64,000 bases of DNA from Pseudomonadota bacterium (lineage in GTDB: Bacteria; Pseudomonadota; Gammaproteobacteria; Ga0077536), in contig JABISZ010000073.1 of the NCBI GenBank assembly GCA_018668255.1, positions 35,185 through 99,184 of the forward strand. The letters run 5' to 3'. The stretch's first letter is position 1; each line of letters begins with the position of its first letter. Positions 61,949 to 64,000 of this stretch are shown piece after piece. Both the position numbers and the translations under genes were made by a program. The notes beneath the pieces are model-generated. The model worked only from the letters and a program-made list of their open reading frames with translations, made no database searches and was not told the origin of the DNA.

Positions 61949-62278
61949 ATGCTTTTGACCATGATGAAAGCGAAGATTCATCGAGTTCCGGTAACAGAGT
62001 GTGACCTTAATTATAATGGATCGATATCAATTGATGCGGACTGGCTGGAGCAGTCGGACATTCTCCCTAATGAGCAGGTAGATGTTTTAAACATTAATAC
62101 AGGATCACGATTCACCACTTATGTTATTGAGTCAGCGGCGGGATCAAAAACTATTGGTATTAATGGTGCTGCGGCAAGATTAGCTCAACCAGGAGATCTC
62201 GTCATCATCGTAGCTTATGCACAGATGAGTGACGAAATCGCTCGCAGGCACCAACCGAAGGTTATTTCTCCAATCTAG
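61949..62278 (+). CDS. panD: Aspartate 1-decarboxylase (pyruvoyl-dependent)
   Basis: 109 aa beginning [34 protein letters not shown]. The self-cleavage site G-S (NYNGSISID) is conserved and the length is typical. Confidence 0.93.
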   Translation: MLLTMMKAKIHRVPVTECDLNYNGSISIDADWLEQSDILPNEQVDVLNINTGSRFTTYVIESAAGSKTIGINGAAARLAQPGDLVIIVAYAQMSDEIARRHQPKVISPI

Positions 62279-62284
62279 CGCTAT

Positions 62285-62437
62285 TTATATAATAAGAGAG
62301 CCGATTGCTACCTGTGTAAGCACAATTGCTGCTAACCCGGTTATACCTATAGCTAGAGTTGCTAAGGAACTAGCGTTCCCTGCTCTCTCGCAAGTAGTGG
62401 AAGAAGTCTCTGAGGCTGTTTCTTTATTTTTCATCAT
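62285..62437 (-). CDS. Unannotated small ORF: 50-aa putative tail-anchored membrane peptide
   Basis: It is below the 60-aa ORF-track cutoff. Minus-strand translation gives MMKNKETASETSSTTCERAGNASSLATLAIGITGLAAIVLTQVAIGSLII*. A GGAG Shine-Dalgarno sits 6 nt upstream of the ATG, and one C-terminal TM helix is predicted. Confidence 0.35.
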   Translation of the reverse strand: MMKNKETASETSSTTCERAGNASSLATLAIGITGLAAIVLTQVAIGSLII

Positions 62438-62513
62438 ATTTTACTCCATTTAGTTGTGTAGTCAGATTTTGTTGTTTGTGTTTATTATGTGGCAGTGCGA
62501 TATTTTAATGATG

Positions 62514-62849
62514 TCAGGACTCTTTTTCGATAGGTGTTTGCCTAGAGATATTAGAGTGTCTACCAACATAAAGTATTCTTTTCTTTACCTGTTGAGACCA
62601 GATTGTTTGGTTAGAGCGAGGTAGGTCAACATCTTGTGCTATCGAGATAAAGAAGAGATATAAGATAATGATAAATATATATTTTATTGATTTTTTATGG
62701 AATTCTTGGAGCAATTTCCCTTCTTCATATTTGACTAGGAAGCAGGCTGAACTAGTGCCTGAACTTGTACTTTCTTTGTTTATTCCTTGTCTCTCAATCA
62801 TTTTTCTGGTCTGGTTTTTTTCTGTGAAGGAGACTATATTGCACCGCAA
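62514..62849 (-). CDS. Hypothetical protein in an AT-rich stretch (possibly spurious)
   Basis: 111-aa ORF with one hydrophobic segment (IKYIFIIILYLFFISIA). The low-GC context and absence of any recognised domain argue for caution. Confidence 0.2.
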   Translation of the reverse strand: MRCNIVSFTEKNQTRKMIERQGINKESTSSGTSSACFLVKYEEGKLLQEFHKKSIKYIFIIILYLFFISIAQDVDLPRSNQTIWSQQVKKRILYVGRHSNISRQTPIEKES

Positions 62850-62960
62850 TATTTTTAGGTAGCCCTATAACTTGAAAAACACTTGTGAAAAAAATTCATT
62901 AACACTTCAGGTTTTGAAGTATAGTGGCCTGTTCGGTGGATTATGTAAGAGAGGTAGTCA

Positions 62961-63599
62961 ATGAAAGTGAACCAAGATGTGTTTGATGTGATGAGTACCA
63001 TGCGAGCTATGCGAGGACTCAAGCCCGACAAGATTCCTGAGGAGGTCATAAGAAAAATTCTCGAAGCGGGTACTTGGGCGCCTAACGGGCAAAACTTACA
63101 GCCCTATAGGTTTATTGTCGTCAACGACACTGAGAAAAAAAAGTTTTTTGGTTCGCATTACGCGGAGGCTATGCGTATCCGTTTTTCGAAAAATATGCCA
63201 GATGCTACTGATAATTCTGCTAATGCAAGGAACATAAGAGTCGCGATGAAATTTGGGGACAAGGTGCATGATGCACCGACGTTGATTGTCGTGTGCGGTT
63301 TAAGAGATTGGCCATTTTCTATTCCAGAGGATCAGCGGGTAGGGCTTGCCCCACCCTCGTATGCTTCTGTTTACCCATGTATCCAGAATATTTTGATTGC
63401 TTGTCGTGCGCAGGGGATTGGAGCAAGCTTAACCACCATGCACCAAGTCTTTGAGCAGGATTTGTGTAAATGCCTCAGTATTCCTCAATCCTATGGGATC
63501 GTAGCTGTCATCCCTATAGGCTATCCGAGTGGAAAGTTTGGGCCGGTGGGACGACGAGATGCGTCTGAATTAACTTATTATGATACATGGACTGAGTAA
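62961..63599 (+). CDS. Nitroreductase family protein
   Basis: 212 aa with the nitroreductase fold signature (RAMRGLKPDKIPEEVIRKILEAGTWAPNGQNLQPYRFIVV). Confidence 0.85.
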   Translation: MKVNQDVFDVMSTMRAMRGLKPDKIPEEVIRKILEAGTWAPNGQNLQPYRFIVVNDTEKKKFFGSHYAEAMRIRFSKNMPDATDNSANARNIRVAMKFGDKVHDAPTLIVVCGLRDWPFSIPEDQRVGLAPPSYASVYPCIQNILIACRAQGIGASLTTMHQVFEQDLCKCLSIPQSYGIVAVIPIGYPSGKFGPVGRRDASELTYYDTWTE

Positions 63600-64000
63600 T
63601 GGGGATGTTATACGAAGGGAAGTGGCGACCCGATGATGTATCGGCTTTTACCAGAGATGGCCAAAATGTGAGTTTCGCAAGCGGTTTCGATGGTTGGGTG
63701 ATGGAAGGCAGGGACGCAAAGCATCCGGTAGAGAAAAATCGTTACGCTCTCTACTGCAATCGCACTTGCCCTTGGTCTCACAGAGCACTTATTACTCGGC
63801 AGCTAAAAGGCTTGGCTGATGTTGTTAGCTTGGTTTTACTCGAGCCAGCTATGGGAGAGGAAGGATGGTGGTTCGGGGCGACTGGAGAGTACTCAGATCC
63901 AATATTAAACGCTAGTCATCTCCATGAGCTATATTCAGCTGCTGATCCGAACTATACCGGTAGAGTCTCGGTGCCTATTTTATGGGATAAAAATCTTCGT
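63599..64000 (+). CDS. yqjG: Glutathionyl-hydroquinone reductase (GST Xi class, YqjG-like), N-terminal part; runs off window end
   Basis: Manual translation gives MGMLYEGKWRPDD...EKNRYALYCNRTCPWSHRALITRQLKGLADVVSLVLLEPAMGEEGWWF...YTGRVSVPILWDK. This closely parallels E. coli YqjG ([27 protein letters not shown]..., RVTVPVLWDK). The ATG overlaps the nitroreductase stop (TAATG). Confidence 0.75.
   Translation, partial: MGMLYEGKWRPDDVSAFTRDGQNVSFASGFDGWVMEGRDAKHPVEKNRYALYCNRTCPWSHRALITRQLKGLADVVSLVLLEPAMGEEGWWFGATGEYSDPILNASHLHELYSAADPNYTGRVSVPILWDKNLR

Noticed and set aside
61819-62004. 61-aa ORF overlapping the rhlE end and the panD start
   Set aside because: It is out of frame with both well-supported genes and has no RBS or conservation signal.

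Overview
This window is a gammaproteobacterial chromosomal segment of roughly 45% GC with Pseudomonas-like synteny. About 60 genes are densely packed on both strands. I found no rRNA, tRNA, CRISPR array, transposase or integrase.

The housekeeping backbone is pdxA(partial)-surA-lptD, mpl, ispG, msrB, dcd, apbC, metG, an RnfB-like ferredoxin followed by nth, fdxA, mutS, htpG, prmB-aroC, glcEF, ispB, rplU-rpmA-obg-proB, rpsT, murJ-ribF-lspA-ispH, two DEAD-box helicases and panD.

A block of about 18 kb (23.5-41.9 kb) lies inside this backbone and is the most interesting part. It interleaves homologs of hopanoid side-chain and transport genes with a complete 2-aminoethylphosphonate (AEP) biosynthesis and activation module.
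- Hopanoid-related: the radical-SAM enzyme HpnH, the nucleosidase HpnG, the RND exporter HpnN, an HpnA-like epimerase, an HpnL-like flippase-domain protein, an HpnM/MlaC-like protein, a membrane family-2 glycosyltransferase (HpnI/HpnB-like), a squalene-synthase-family enzyme, an MlaA paralog and an embedded dxs.
- Phosphonate: a PEP mutase fused to a cytidylyltransferase, phosphonopyruvate decarboxylase, an AEP transaminase, a second nucleotidyltransferase, a 2OG-Fe(II) oxygenase-like protein and a CDP-alcohol phosphatidyltransferase that is translationally coupled to hpnN and hpnA.

I interpret this as a candidate pathway for a phosphonate-decorated hopanoid or a co-exported phosphonolipid, which as far as I know has not been described. 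No squalene-hopene cyclase is present in the window.

Smaller observations:
- Two G8 homopolymer tracts lie inside coding regions.
- An azurin gene sits next to an unrecognised Thr/Gly/Asp-rich secreted protein.
- An AT-rich stretch after panD contains an unannotated 50-aa tail-anchored ORF with a strong Shine-Dalgarno.
- The ribF-lspA-ispH cluster lacks ileS and fkpB.
- Several start codons look miscalled by the ORF track (mutS, rplU, rpsT, murJ, dxs, lptD, surA).
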